From Amoebidium appalachense (taxonomy: Eukaryota > Protista > Ichthyosporea): a DNA stretch of 64,000 bases. A program made the position numbers and the translations under genes. This document shows positions 35,292 to 62,880 of this stretch, one piece after another (position 1 is the stretch's first letter; the number at the start of each line of letters is the position of its first letter). The stretch is taken from contig CAVNZM010000001.1 in the NCBI GenBank assembly GCA_963693365.1, positions 13,874,418-13,938,417 of the forward strand. The letters are read 5' to 3'. The notes beneath the pieces are model-generated. The model was not told the origin of the DNA. It saw only the letters and a program-made list of their open reading frames with translations, and searched no databases.

Positions 35292-36107
35292 CCCTCCCGG
35301 CCAGTTCTGGGGCGAGAAATATCAGCGCTGTTGCGACATCAAAACCTCCACCACCTCCATCCCCACACCAAACCCCGATCCGGTGTGCCCCCCCGGCCAG
35401 TATTGGGACGCCAAGTACAATTGCAATGCTGTGACATCAAGACCACAGTGACGTCGTCATCTCTCCCCACACCCACTCCCGCATCCGTCTGCCCGCACGG
35501 CCAGTATTAGGATGCCAAGTATCAACAGTGCTGTGAGGTCAAAACCACCACCACCACCCTACCCACATTTACTCCTGTCCCGGTGTGCCCCCCCGGCCAG
35601 TACTGGGATGCCAAGTACCAGCAGTGCTGTACCATCAAAACAACCACCACTGCAACCACAACCCCACACTCCTTCCCGTCTGCCCTCCCGGCCAGTATTG
35701 GGATGCCAAGTACAGCCAATGCTGTGACATCAAGACCACTTCATCTCTCCCCACGCCCACACCCGCACCCGCCTGCCCCCCGGGTCAGTTCTGGGATGCC
35801 AAATGCCAGCAGTGCTGCGACATCAAGACCCCCAACGCCCTCTCCCGCCTGCCCCCCTGGCCAGTACTGGGACGCCAAGTACAGCCAGTGCTGCGACATC
35901 AATACCAGTGCCCCGGCCCCTGCCGTGGCTGCTGGCCCGCCCGCTGCCTCGGTCCCTCAGGCCGTGATCTTGGCCCCCCTCAGCGCCGCAGACGCAGACT
36001 CCAAACAGGAATTTGATGGTGCCGCGGACGTGGTGGAGATGGAAAAAAAAACATATTTTAGGAAGACTACTTGTACATTATGGTTTTGTAAGGCCGACCG
36101 TCTATGA
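35290..36107 (+). pseudogene. Cys-rich repeat protein fragment (7 x CPPGQYWDAKYxQCCDIKT with Thr/Pro linkers)
   Basis: Repeats are spread over several frames, with an in-frame TAG near 35508 and no start codon. Confidence 0.8.
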
Positions 36108-36239
36108 AATTTAGCATATCTAAAATCTGGTCCGAAACAATAGAATCATGAATATATTCTCGTGATCTCGTATTCTTAGAAATGTACGAAATTCTATTTG
36201 ATGAAAGCTTTTTGGGTTGCACCCTCGTTTCCCAAGCCC

Positions 36240-36312
<73 letters not shown>

Positions 36313-36392
36313 CCCCCGCCCGCCCCCCGCCCCGCCCCCCGCCCCCGAAAATTTCGAGGGGGGAACGGGGGGGGGGGGGGGGGGGGGAGTTT

Positions 36393-36444
<52 letters not shown>

Positions 36445-36985
36445 ATCCGAGTCTGCAGTGTGCTTGCCATTAATTTACGGTGTCATTATTAATAAAACAG
36501 CTGCAGCATGTGAAAGTGACCTGCAATCACTTCTACACATTATTATTATGGTATTTTGACTACGTAATGATATCATAGGTATTAAAAAGGCGAATGTCGC
36601 ATGCATGGATGTATACGTAGTGTGTGCTTGACGTGTATGTGGTTGCGTGTGTGCATGTTCGTGTGTGTGTGCCGTGTGTGTGTGCATTGAATGTGACAGC
36701 ATACTCTACATACACCATGACATTACATGTAGTTAAACTGTAAGTAACATTACAATCATAAACTACCACTATGACATGCTGAACATTACTGGAAGTTAAA
36801 TGTTACAACTAACACCTAACAAACTGATTCTTAAGTTACTGTATTGACTAAGTCTTGGCATCATGATGCCAAATCCCATACTAATCGAACCTACTAGACA
36901 TGCCCTACGTTTGCCACCTGACCCCAAAGCAGCTGGCAGCCACAATAACAATTAGAAAAATAAAAAACTACGTGGAGGGATTGGC

Positions 36986-39900
36986 TCACTTCCACCTATT
37001 ATCCGTGACACTAAAACTGAGCAGGCGGATGCCAAAAGCGGTGACCAGAGCATACAACATGGCCTTGCACCTACAGCATTGCATGTAAGTATGACACAGA
37101 TGGGGAGGGATTGCTAAAGTCAGTTGACAGACGCTACATTGTGCACTGGCTATCGTGCTCGGGTATGTGTGATAATAACTGGGGTGGAACGCTTGCGGAT
37201 GGTGCGGGTGCTGGCTAGGGGGAATCACCCCAGACTGTTGGGTGCTTTGGAATTCATCCGCCGAATCGGTTGACGAACTGGTGGGATCATGCTCCTGAGG
37301 GGCAACACCTGTGTTGGTGCTTGCACGTGAAAGGCCGCTGGGCTTGGCCTTCTTTGACGGGGCAGTCTGTGAATTACTCTGTGACTTCAGCCCACGTTTC
37401 GTGTTTCGTGCTCTCTCGCTTGCTTTCTCCGTAACTGTCCTAGCAGCGGCTTCCTTAGCCCTTGCGATTTCCTCCCTCACCTCGGCGGCCACCTGACTAC
37501 GCAAACGTCTTTCCTTCTCAATGTGTTCTATTTTTGACTTGATTTGCTTCAACGTTTTGGAAAGGATGGCATCCAGCCCCACACCCTCCTCGTTGCCCTC
37601 CAATGCTGCATGGTAATGTGCAAATATGTCCTCCTCTGTTGCCGGCAACTTTTGTTCCGCAAGCGAAATAACAATACTTTCAATCAACGCGGTCTCCGCA
37701 TCCGACCATCTACCCGAACGTACCTCCTCGCCCACAGACACATAATACTCCAAACCATTCTGATCTGTGGTTCGTGTTTGTGTGAATCGTGCGCGCCGCC
37801 TTTGCGTTGGAACCGTGGCAGTGGCCTTGCCCCTGGTGGCTGTTGTGTTGGCCGTATGGGTGGTGTTGGACCCATCACCACTTCTCAGGGAAAGGTTCCC
37901 CCCTTCGCCGGATAAATGCAGCTGCATGGTAGACGGGCGACCTGGACGGTTTGGCTCTGGCCGCTGTCCATGACTGCATTTGTATGTGCGTTTGTGTGTG
38001 CGTGTGAATGCGCGCGCACGTGTACACATGTGTGTTTGTGTGTGCGTGCGCACACGTGCTCTGTGGGTGCGTGCGTGCGTGGATTCGTGCACCTGTGCAT
38101 CTATCCACACACGTGTATGCATGGACCATGATGCGCGGATGCATTGTGTGTGTGTGTGGGGTGGGGGGGGGGGGGGGGGGGGGGGGGGAGGGGGGGGGGC
38201 TGTGTGTGTGCGTGCACACGTGCATGCGTGTGTGTGTTTAAGTTTGTGTATGGTGTGCGGGTGTGCAGGTGGTGAGCAGTGGGGAAGGTGGGGGGGGAGG
38301 GGGGAGGGGTTAGACATCATGAAACGACGGATACAGGAGGGGGAGGGGATTGGGGAGAGGGGGCTTTTCTTTCCCCTCGGGGGGGGGGGGGGGGGGAGGA
38401 GGGGGGGGGGAAAGGGGGGGGGGTTTTGAATGCGTCAAAAAGTACGAAGTACACAAGAACAAACGGATAACACGATGCAGAATGCAAGCCATACATAAAG
38501 AGTATGCATAATAAGCAGAGCCCATCCTCAGGGGGGGCCCACGTCATCCACAGTACCCGAGTTTCGACCTATTCCCCTCGTTAACGAAACCCAACTCAGA
38601 TACTGTTTCACTTGAACATGAGTAGGTCACCCGTCTTGGGGAAAGGGGGGGGGGGGGGGGGGGGATAAAGAGAGGGACAAGCAGAAATACCTGGATTTGG
38701 CCAAGTTAAGGTTTCGATTATAAAGTACCAAGTGTGGGCAAATAGAGGATGCAAAAGAAGAAAAGTAGCAAATGCATATCATACGGCTCACCTGTTGCCA
38801 CAATTCTCACACCTGCATGCCTGGGTGCATGCCCGCTTGTTCTTTGCGCATATGCAACGCTCATGCCCATCGTATGCCTGCACTTTCCCCCCGCCGTTCT
38901 TAAAACCACAAAAAAAACGTGTTCTATCCTTACTGTTTCTATTACAGCTGCAGCCCTTGGCGGGCAACCCACCGAACGTGTCAGTTGTGTTAGCGTTAGA
39001 CGCCAACTCCGTCGAGTTTTCCGTGTCAACTGAGTGTGATGTCTGTGCTTGGTTGTTGTCCGAGATTTTGTTCGCATGCGACAAGCGAGGTATTACCACT
39101 GAGTAATGATCTGCTGCACCGTTAAGTGATACGGGTATGGCAATGTTGGGTTCGATGACGGTGGGTGGAGTGACCGCAACTACACCGTGATTGGCAATCG
39201 TGCTAAAAATGGTTATTGGTATGCGGAGTGCGTTGGCTAAGCCCAGCACCATCGCGTCACCGGCTGCAGAAGCAAAATGGGCGCGCCGAGGACAGCGGAA
39301 ATCATCAGCTACGTATGCGAGGGTCACCCTTGAAAGGAATCCTTGGTATTCTGCTAGATTTCGCCGCCATTCGTTTACCATTAGTTCGCGTAGCCGTCCA
39401 ATCGCCTCTATAGGCTCCATATTAGCTGTAAACCCCAATGTGTTGAGGTGTTCACGGGTAGCTACATGACCACTTTGTAGATACTGATTGATATAATGCC
39501 ACACCGAATGAAACAAACAGTTGCCGTCAGCAGGTGTTTCCATAAGCTCCATTCTCCAGGCACCCAGAATTTGAAGAAGGCGTTGTTGCTGGACCTCAGG
39601 TGGCCCGGATATGTCCCTGTGTTGCACATCACAAGGAAGAATAAGCAAAGACAAGAAGTGGGAGGGTGGTAGGGCAGTGCTGGTGGGGTGGGGTGGGGGG
39701 TTGGGGGGGGGGGGGGGGGGGGGGGAGGGGGGGGGGAAAGAGAGAGAAAGACAGATTATGGGGAAGGCGGAAAGGCCGAGGAGCAGAACAAGGGAAACCT
39801 TGGCGTGTGTGTGTGTGTGCGTGTGTGGGTGGGTTGGGGTTGGGGGGGGGGGGGGGGGGGGGGGGGGCATTAGATTATTAACAATTCTATAAGTGAATAA

Positions 39901-40452
39901 GAGTGTGTGCGCTCGTGGCTGCGAGGGAGGGTGCATGCGTGCATGCATGGGTGCGTTCGTGTGTGCATGTGTGTGAAAGGGGAGGGGTGTGTGTGTGGGG
40001 GGGGGGAGGGGGTGGGGCACTCTGAAGGGGGCCGGGCAGATGTAAGGGAGTACTGATGAAGGAGGGGCTATGAACGGGGGGGGGGGGGGGGGGGTAGATG
40101 CAGATGCTTTCAAATAGGTGGAAGAGAAGCAGGGAGCTTCCAAAAAGGTAGGATGGAAGATATAGGTATACTATTAGAGAATAATGAGAATTAGGGGAGG
40201 TAAGAGGTAATGGAGGACTTGAAAAGGAGGGACGAATGGGCAGAGGCCCTCCTGAGGGAGGAGGGGGGGGGGAGGGGAACAGGACAGGCATAATAAGTGG
40301 GCCTGGGGAGGCAGGTTGTCTGACAAAAAACTGGTGTCACTTGGGTTGGAAGGAGAGATGGATTGATACGTGCAAGGAAGTAAGGAGGTGGAGCAGTTGG
40401 GCGGAAGAATTGTGGGAAGGAGGAGAGGGGGAGGGGGATGCAGAAAAGGGGG

Positions 40453-40487
<35 letters not shown>

Positions 40488-42008
40488 GGGGGGGGGGAAA
40501 GGGGGTGGGGGGAAAGGGGAGGGAGGCCCTGCAGGGAAAGGGGGGGAGAGGCGAGAGGGAGGAGCGGGGGGGGCGTTGGAGGGGAAGGGGGGGGGGGGGG
40601 GGGGGGGGGGGGTGTTCGGCAGGAAGCACCTGGCAAGCTGTATGTCTGCTGCCACGGCCTCGTCAAAGAACACTAGAGTGAAGAGCAGATGATCCGGGTC
40701 CTGTGCTGCTAAAGCAAACCCCTCGGAGCTGTGCACAGACCCAATCAGCTTGCGCATCGCACGCCGGGCGTTAAGCTTGCGGCCTGCTAGGCGCACACAT
40801 GTTGACACGTTGAATGGACCGGGGCTCTCGTCACTTGACCCCTCATCGTCATCGTCAGAGCCATCACTGTCGAAAGACCCAACCTCCATACCACACTCAG
40901 CCAAGGAACATTTGCCATTATTGCCATAAGCTGCAGAGTGAAGACAAAGACAGGGTGAAAGAATAGCTGGTCAATGGTTGCCAGTTCTATAAAGAACCCA
41001 CTCCCAACCGAATCCCCCATCCAACCCCCCCCCCCCCCCCCCACACACACACACAACATACATACACACACACATACACACACACACACCGCCCACACCC
41101 TCCCCACCCCCCCCCTCTTGCTCTCGGCCCCCTCCCCTGCCTAATTCTCCACTTCCCCCTTCTCCCTCTCCGTCCCACCCTCCCGCCCTTCCTCTTTACC
41201 GACTGCCCTCCTCTCTTTGCCCCTCTCTTTCTGTCTTTTCCGCCATCCCTCCCTCTACCCTTTCTCCCCCTCCCTCCTTCCCTCCAACCCTCCCACCCAC
41301 CCATCCTTCCCTCCCTTTCTCCCTACCCTGACCTCTCCCCCTTCCCCCCTCCCCTGTCTTTAACATACACACACAGGCACACACATCATGCCAAACAGAT
41401 CATGGGACAGGCACAAAGGTCCATAAGATTAAGTGCAAGGGAAGGCCTGAGCGGTGAAGGCATTGGTATCCACAAGATGCAAAAGGACACACCTAACGTA
41501 TTACATAAAAAACAACTTCTAAAACGGAGGAACCACCTGTAAGGCCCAGAACAGAGAGACAGGGGAGGGGGAGAGAAAAAGTGGAAAAGAGGCAGGGGGT
41601 GGTGGGGAGAGAGGGGGGGGGAGGGGGGGGGGGGGGGGGAGGGATCACCTGATGGACTCCCTCCGCTGTAGATGCATCTATCCGGCCGCCATGACGGGTT
41701 TGATGCCACACCCAATCCCTGAGGAAGGGCTGGGGAGGGCACGTGCCAGCTTCGACAGAGTCCTCATGATCCGCTATGCAATAATCAATGTACCGTGCAA
41801 CGAATGGCTGTTCCAGCTTGGCATGATCTTTAGACCAAGATTTGTTTTCCTTAATGACTTTTTTGTTCACCCCATCTGGGTTGTTTGTTGAACCCGCTGC
41901 AGCCAAAAGACAAAAGGCGAGGATAACATGAACGAGAATCCTCAGCAAAGCCCAATGGCCTTGCCCACGTCCAATGCGGACGCGAGCATGTTTGTAACCC
42001 ATGCTCAC
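36986..42008 (-). CDS. OTU cysteine protease + CXC + Myb/SANT-like + Zn-ribbon protein, probably transposon-derived
   Basis: Exons 40930-40630, 39616-38792, 37973-36986 splice in frame; upstream coding-like segment ~42008-41649 has an unresolved junction. Motifs PADGNCLFHS...DHY, CSC...RCICAKNKRACTQACRCENCGN, RWSDAETALI...KTLKQIKSK, CSVC...CCRC. Confidence 0.75.
38424..38638 (-). mobile_element. 5'-truncated PLE-like retroelement (family A), minus strand, in the OTU gene intron
   Basis: Reverse complement of the last ~215 bp of family A; G tracts on both sides on the + strand. Confidence 0.9.
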
Positions 42009-42365
42009 ACAAAATATGTACTGTCAGTTATGATCGAGCAATAAAGGGTGTTGTCTGTTTTTATTATTTTTATATGGGCCTACTGCAATATGATAAGGAT
42101 GCTAGCGCTGTGTCACACCTGTCAACTGCCAGTCCAGGCTGTGACTGCCCGTTCAAGTACGCCACCACCTGCACGTGGTTGACGTGGTCTTGCTTAGCCC
42201 GCCTTTCGAGTTTATTCCTCGAATCAGACGCCACCAACGATGAGCCACAAAAACGGGTCAGAAAACGGGTCAGGAACGATTCGAGCTGATTCGACCCATA
42301 ATAGTTCGAACCGACCCATTTATGCCCCAAATAAATTTGGCACCAAATAATTTGGCACGAACCTG

Positions 42366-42526
42366 GTGACGTAAAATGTGGCACGAATTTATTTGGCACC
42401 AGCCCGCTAGCGGAGCACATCCAGGGGTATCCCCAAGCTCCTGTCGGTGCCTGGGCGACATCCTGCCCCATTTTCACCGTTTTGCAGGCTCGTGCCAAAT
42501 AAATTTCGTGCCAAATATTACGTCAC
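42366..42526. mobile_element. MITE or DNA-transposon terminal structure with ~42-bp inverted repeats
   Basis: gtgacgtaaaatgtggcacgaatttatttggcaccagcccgc versus gcaggctcgtgccaaataaatttcgtgccaaatattacgtcac; extra tttggcac subrepeats at 42324-42364. Confidence 0.7.
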
Positions 42527-42674
42527 ACCCTAGGAGCTTGGGAATTGAGGGTAGCACCGCTTTTTGCATGTGTGCTTGCCACCATGCAGCTTTAAATGAA
42601 ATGCGAGATTGCTAATGAGTAAAAGAATAGTCTATGGAAACAGGATTTTTGGTTATGGCTTTCAGATACAACCC

Positions 42675-42987
42675 CTCTCACTTCTTTGTCTCTCTCTATC
42701 CTTCCCCCTCCCCCCCCCCCCCCCCCCCCCCCCCCCCCTGGTCCCTCCCACCCGTCCCCACCCCCCCACCCCATCTCCCTACCCCCCCTCACTTTCTTTA
42801 AATAAAAAAAAAAGGTTCCTCTTGGTCACAAGCTACAGCCCTTTCACTTCAAACTTTATCTCTATCCCTTCCCCCCCCCCCCCCTCCCCCCTCCCCCCCT
42901 GGTCCCTCCCACCCGTCCCCCCTCCCCCCTCCCCCTCCCCCCCCCCCCCCCCCCCCCCCCACCCCCTCCCTACCCCCCCTCACTTGC

Positions 42988-43027
<40 letters not shown>

Positions 43028-43065
43028 TCCCCCCGATACAAGCCACAGCCCTCTCACTTCAACCT
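42675..43065. repeat. Imperfect ~190-bp tandem duplication around C tracts
   Basis: ctggtccctccc...cccgtcccc, ccctaccccccctcactt and acaagcyacagccctytcacttcaa each occur twice in the same order. Confidence 0.75.
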
Positions 43066-43565
43066 GCAAAATTCCCTGCAACGGAAAAAGTGAAAAGGTT
43101 CACACGCGAGCTGAAAAAGTATATGGGTATTTTGTACAACACAACACTATTACAGGCATGAGACACGGGTGACGGGACGGGATAGAAAATACCAACACAG
43201 CCCATAAGCAGCCCCTAATTAGCACACGGAGCAAACAAACACGCGCACACACGAACAGACAAACACACGCGCACACAGACATGTGGGGGGGGGGGGGGGG
43301 GGGGGGGGAGGGAGAGAGAGAAAGAGAGGTGTCCACCAAAAGTAACACCCACACCGTCCAACGCCATACACACACACAATTCACACACGCACACATGTGC
43401 ATGTGCGCGCACACACACATAGAACCACACACACACATACATACACACACACACACACACACACGCACACACAGACACACTCAAAGTTTAACACACACGA
43501 CACACAGTCACACACACACACCACACACACACACACGCTTGCACACACTGAGCGCGCGCGCGCAT

Positions 43566-43601
<36 letters not shown>

Positions 43602-43609
43602 AAACAAAA

Positions 43610-43798
43610 CACTTATGCAAACACACACACAAACACACAAGGTGGCACACACAATGACACACACACGCACACACACACATAATATACACACGCATAAATA
43701 TGTACAATGCTATCATGATGTAATGCAGTAGTACGGCACTATATTAGCTATATTAATTATTTATTTATAGAATGCTTTTGAGTTGATGCACGGTAACG
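43610..43798 (-). repeat. Inverted partner of 34915-35291 (empty-site allele)
   Basis: Direct reverse-complement match. Confidence 0.9.
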
Positions 43799-44059
43799 CA
43801 GTTCTGGGACGCCAAAAACCAGCAGTGCTGCGACATCAAGACCCCCACACCCTCTCCCGCCTGCCCCCCTGGCCAGTGCTGGGACGTCAAGTACAGCCAG
43901 TGCTGCGATATCAAGACCAGTGCCCCGGCCCCTCCCGTGGCTGCTGCCCCGGCCGCTGCCTCCGTCCCTCAGGCTGTGATCTTGGCCCCCCTCAGCACCG
44001 CAGACGCAGACTCCAACCTGGAGTTCAACAGTGCCGAGGATGCAGTGGTGGACATGTAA
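43799..44059 (+). pseudogene. Second, 5'-truncated copy of the Cys-rich repeat gene
   Basis: QFWDAKNQQCCDIKTPTPSPACPPGQCWDVKYSQCCDIKTSAPAP...VPQAVILAPLSTADADSNLEFNSAEDAVVDM*, paralogous to ~35786-36040. Confidence 0.8.
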
Positions 44060-44747
44060 GATTTTTGCAATTCTGGCATGCAGATGGGCGTGTAAATAAG
44101 AAATCCATGACTTCTGGATGTAGATTCTGAAATTGTTTCAGAAGTGTTGATATCGCTAGTTAACTTAGAGCTTTTAAAGATCTTTAATTATCATTACGAA
44201 TGTATGCCCGTACTGACAGATAAAAACAAACAAGATTTTCTCCATGCGGTGCTGGCCACCATGGACTAGTCAGTGAACACTATGTAGTTACAAGTTGCAT
44301 AGGTTTAACAAATAACTCTGGAAATAAATGACCCATCGTCTAACAATTTGCGTGTGTGCTTATGTGACCCCAAATAACCAAAACTGGCCTGCAGCTTGTC
44401 TTCTGACGAATGGCACATGCTGTATCATACCCACGCACACACACACATGCACGCGCACACATGCTCGTGCGTGCGCGCGCGCGCACACACACATACACAC
44501 ACGCACACACACAAACAGCGAGCGCGCGCGCCGTCGCACCCATGGTTCACTTTATTATCCCTCGTTCGATCAACTCATTCAGTCACTCGCACTGAGGTAC
44601 ACAATACGCAGAGACAAAAGCTATGGCACATGTAAGAATGATTGTGGAAATAATTATGTAGTGAACATGCCACATGCAAAAAGCCCATCGAAGTGGCCAT
44701 TCGAACAAGCTTCACGGTCACGTAAGATGAATTATTCTTCCCCCCCT

Positions 44748-44778
<31 letters not shown>

Positions 44779-45014
44779 CCCCGTCGACGTCACCCCTTTC
44801 TTCCTCCCCCCCCCCCTCCCTCCCCCCCCCCCCCCCCCAAAAAAAAAAGCCATTGATCTAAATTCTGTCATGCGTTCATCACAGTCCTTATGTCTCAATA
44901 AAACTCTGCACCTCGAACAAACAACATAGACCACCTTAACTCAAGGCACGGGAACACCACCACACCTTGTCACCAGGCTAATTTTATTCCCACCGTGTAT
45001 GCCAACGAGATTTC

Positions 45015-45073
<59 letters not shown>

Positions 45074-45099
45074 TGCGTGCGTGCGTGCGTGCGTGCGCG

Positions 45100-45193
<94 letters not shown>

Positions 45194-45201
45194 TGTGTGT
45201 G

Positions 45202-45431
45202 TGTATTTGGGAGCACTTTGTCCAACTAGTTTCTATTTCCATAACTTGATCATAATTCTAACACTTCAAATAGTATTTCTATCACTTGATAATATTTCCA
45301 AGTAACTTGATCATATTTCCATCGCTTGATCATACTTCTAACTCCGTTCAAGTAATCATATATATACATAGTACATTATTGTCCATTCGAAGCTGCTGCA
45401 AAACTAGTTGGACAAAGTGCTCCCAAATACA
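45202..45431. mobile_element. MITE with ~31-bp perfect terminal inverted repeats
   Basis: tgtatttgggagcactttgtccaactagttt ... aaactagttggacaaagtgctcccaaataca; AT-rich non-coding interior. Confidence 0.8.
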
Positions 45432-46812
45432 AGTAAACCAAATCTACTATGATACTCATTCTCTATGATTTCCCTAACGAATGTAAGTATCATCGCCGCA
45501 AAACTAGGTGGATAAGTTGCAAAAAACAGGTAAATTAAATCGAGTATTCATTCGCTATGATCTCCCTAACAGATGCATGTTCTGAACGAAGGGGGTCAAT
45601 AGCAGGGAAGGCAGCATTGTTATCTTTTGTGGGTAAACGGAGAAGCAGAGTGCACAGATGGGTGTTATGATATACACAACACACAGACACACAGGAAAAA
45701 CACAACCGGAGAGGTGGAACGGTTTCTGAGACGACTTGAAATGTTTTCAACTGCTTGATATTTATTTCAAGATGAAGTCCCTTTTATACGCAGAGATGTG
45801 GAGCCGAGTCGGAGCTCAGCCGACAAATGCTAAGCCAATCAAAAGAACAGAACGAAACCTAAGAGGGCAAATAATCTGCTAAGCCAATCAAAAGGACCAA
45901 AACTATGAGGGTAAATAAATCGAAATACCTGTCGACACATAGAAGATAAATTGTAATCTTCTAATGAAAGTACGGAAACATTTACTAAAGCTAAATAAAT
46001 GAAACCACTTATATATCTATTAGTTCACATCATATATTTATACATGTTCCTAATATAAACACGTCTAAATATAAGTATTCCTAATAGCTGGGAAACATAG
46101 AGCAATTCTACGTCGTGGGAAAAGAAGGAAAAGGAATGAGGATAGAAAGGAATGGAATGGGAAAGGAATCGAGTGGAATAAAAGAGGAATGTAGGTTTCT
46201 ATATTTAGGGAAATTAATCGAGATCTGATTGGACAACTATGGACACAAACGCACCATGTAAATTTAGTAAAGACGCAAACAACATTACTATGATGTATGT
46301 GGGCCAAGTGGCTCGGTGTGTACACAGATCAACGATATCTGTGCACACGGAAACGGGAAAGAAAGAAAGGAAAAAGGGAAAAGGAAACAAACAACAACAA
46401 ACTAATAAACATTTGTATAACTCAACTTCTAAGTTCTTGCCGTTATCCATGTGTAGATGACAAGCATAGGGGTTAGGGAAGATGCGGGCCAGCAGCCCGG
46501 TGTGGGCCAGCGCCAGTCCAAGTTGCTGCAGCCGTGCAGCCTGTGAGTGGCTGGGGGAGACTTCAGAGGACTCATTGCTGTGTGTCTGTCGGCGCAGCAT
46601 AGCCAAGCAAAGGTCATGGAGGGGACGCACCACGTTGACTCGGTACGAAGAGAGACCACCGCTGGAGACTGTATGTGTGTTTGGGGGTGCGGGGAAGGGG
46701 GGGGGGGTGGGGGAGGGGGGGGGGGGGGGGGGGAGGGGGTAAAAGGGGGAGGAGAGGGAGGAGTAAAGGGATGGGAGTGGGGAGTTGCCCCGCCGGGGGG
46801 GGGGGGGGGGGG

Positions 46813-46855
<43 letters not shown>

Positions 46856-47879
46856 GGAGGAGGGGGGGGATGGGGATCGAGGAAGGGGGGGGGGAGGGGG
46901 GAGGGAGGGGCAGGGTGTGTGGCGGTTATCAAACTGTGACCGTGCAGGGCAGAACCTGGCGAAAAGTGGTGGTGTTATCAAAGCACACTACATATGCGAT
47001 ACGGGTTGATTTGCAGGTTGGAAACAGGCCAAAAACAATACCACGGTGGTTGCACAATTTCCTTAGGAAATTCGTAGACATTTACGATGGTGTAAGGCAT
47101 GGTACAACAATTTCATGAAAAAATTCCTTGACATTAACGATAGTGTGTGGCATTGTACAAGCAAAGCAGCCATTATCGTTATGGCCTACTCGCCAGAATA
47201 TTTTTTACTAAGTCTCAGTCCTCGATCGATTCAACCCTAGTGAGCTGAAAGGTGTTTCTGACATATTCGTAAGACAAGTACAAACTGGCTCTAATAACAT
47301 TGATTGGCTTCTAAGAATCCAAATGCTGTCAACTTTATTCGAGCTCTGACAGCTGAGATCGGCTGAGATCGGCTGGGATCGGCAAACCAGTTGCCAGTCA
47401 ATCGCAAAGAGATCGGTAAAGATGAAAGCCTGCACTCACACGGCAGTACTACCCTAAATCTAAGTGCCGATCGTGAGTGCAAGCTAACAGAAACTGAGTG
47501 AGAGCAAAAGGAAGACGCGGGCGGGATGGGTTGGGTATAAGTGGCGCTGAGTGAGGGAAGACTGATCAAGGCTTCTCTCGGCTGCAGCTTTTATAGCCTG
47601 CAGCCAAGATTCAGCGCCAGACCATAATTGGTGGAATACATAGCACAAATTATGCTTTCTTGAAAGATAATTGGTGTATTTCCACCCAATCACGTCATGA
47701 TTCGAAGAACCAATCGAAATAGTTTCACTATTGATGATTTAGGCTGCAATTGCAAGGAAATCTTTATGGAAACCTTAATTAAATTATGTGCGTACGAGAA
47801 GGCAGGGTCTTGAGGCTATAGTATTTTTCAGAGGAACGTTCAGTGCACCAGCGTTTTGTATACAAACGTTTCTCTAAGG

Positions 47880-61713
<13,834 letters not shown>

Positions 61714-61816
61714 TTTTCCACCAACCATTGCGCAGCATTAAATAGTATCACGTGACACGCCGCCTCTCGACAACGGACTCACACGGTCTTCACTTTAACT
61801 TGTCATGCACACAACA

Positions 61817-61879
<63 letters not shown>

Positions 61880-62837
61880 TCTCTCCCTCTCTCTCTTTTT
61901 TTTTTTTCCAAATAGGAATTTTGCAATGTAGAACCCCCAAGTAGGGTGTCAGGTCTTTTTTTGGACACGGCAGCCCGATAGATGCAATTTGAGGGTGGGG
62001 AATAACGTTTAGTCGTCGATGGCTAATATGAATGGGGCAAAATGCCCCTCCCCCTGCTTCCTTTAGCCCCTCTCTTCCGTTCATGCTAATTAGTCAGGTC
62101 ATGATAACCAGCAGAGTGCAAGTGTGCGTGCACAGTGCACGAGTGCAGATGGCCACACACAAATCTATCAAGTTTTCGAATTATTAGCATCCAAATATTT
62201 CCACCCTGTTGTTACGGTAGTGTCTCTGAATGCCCGAAAGACTTGTTTACAGGATGTCGTTTTTCTTATGTTTTTCCATTTTTCGATTTGAAATCCCATT
62301 CCCCCCCAATCCCCCCCCCCCCCCCCCCCAAAAAAAAAGACCCCCCCTGTCTTCCTTTTTCTCTCCTTTTTAAGGAGATATATACTCGCTTTCAATACTT
62401 CCCCCCCCCCCCCCCTTTTTTTTTTGTGAGTGTGCGTGCACAGGGAGTGGGTGTGCGCGCGCGTGTGCGTGTGTGTATGGGGCGGTGGTGATTGGGGGGG
62501 GGGAGATATGCTAAGAAAGGTACTCCCTTCTGACTTTCCGTTCTTTATATACCATATATCATTACCTGTAAAGCCAATAACAACTGTAAGACAACCCTGA
62601 TGTATATATGTTGCACAGACTGGGTCTGTGCTGTAAACATGAATTATTACATCCTCTCATAGTATGAGGAATGATTTCTCCATAGTCAAAAAGCTTGCAT
62701 TTTCCCTCCTCCTCCTTCTCCCTACCCTCCCTCCTCCCTTCCCACAAAAAAAAAAAAAAAAATCATCCTTTCTGAGGCTTTTTCGTGAGATCCCTTGGTG
62801 CTGTGTTGTGTGTGTAGGCACCACCATATGTATGGAC

Positions 62838-62880
<43 letters not shown>

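Noticed and set aside
46430-47150. Possible small minus-strand gene with a duplicated start (MPHTIVNVKEFFHEIV / MPYTIVNVYEFPKEIV)
   Set aside because: Exon-like pieces exist, but no consistent spliced ORF or recognisable motif could be built.
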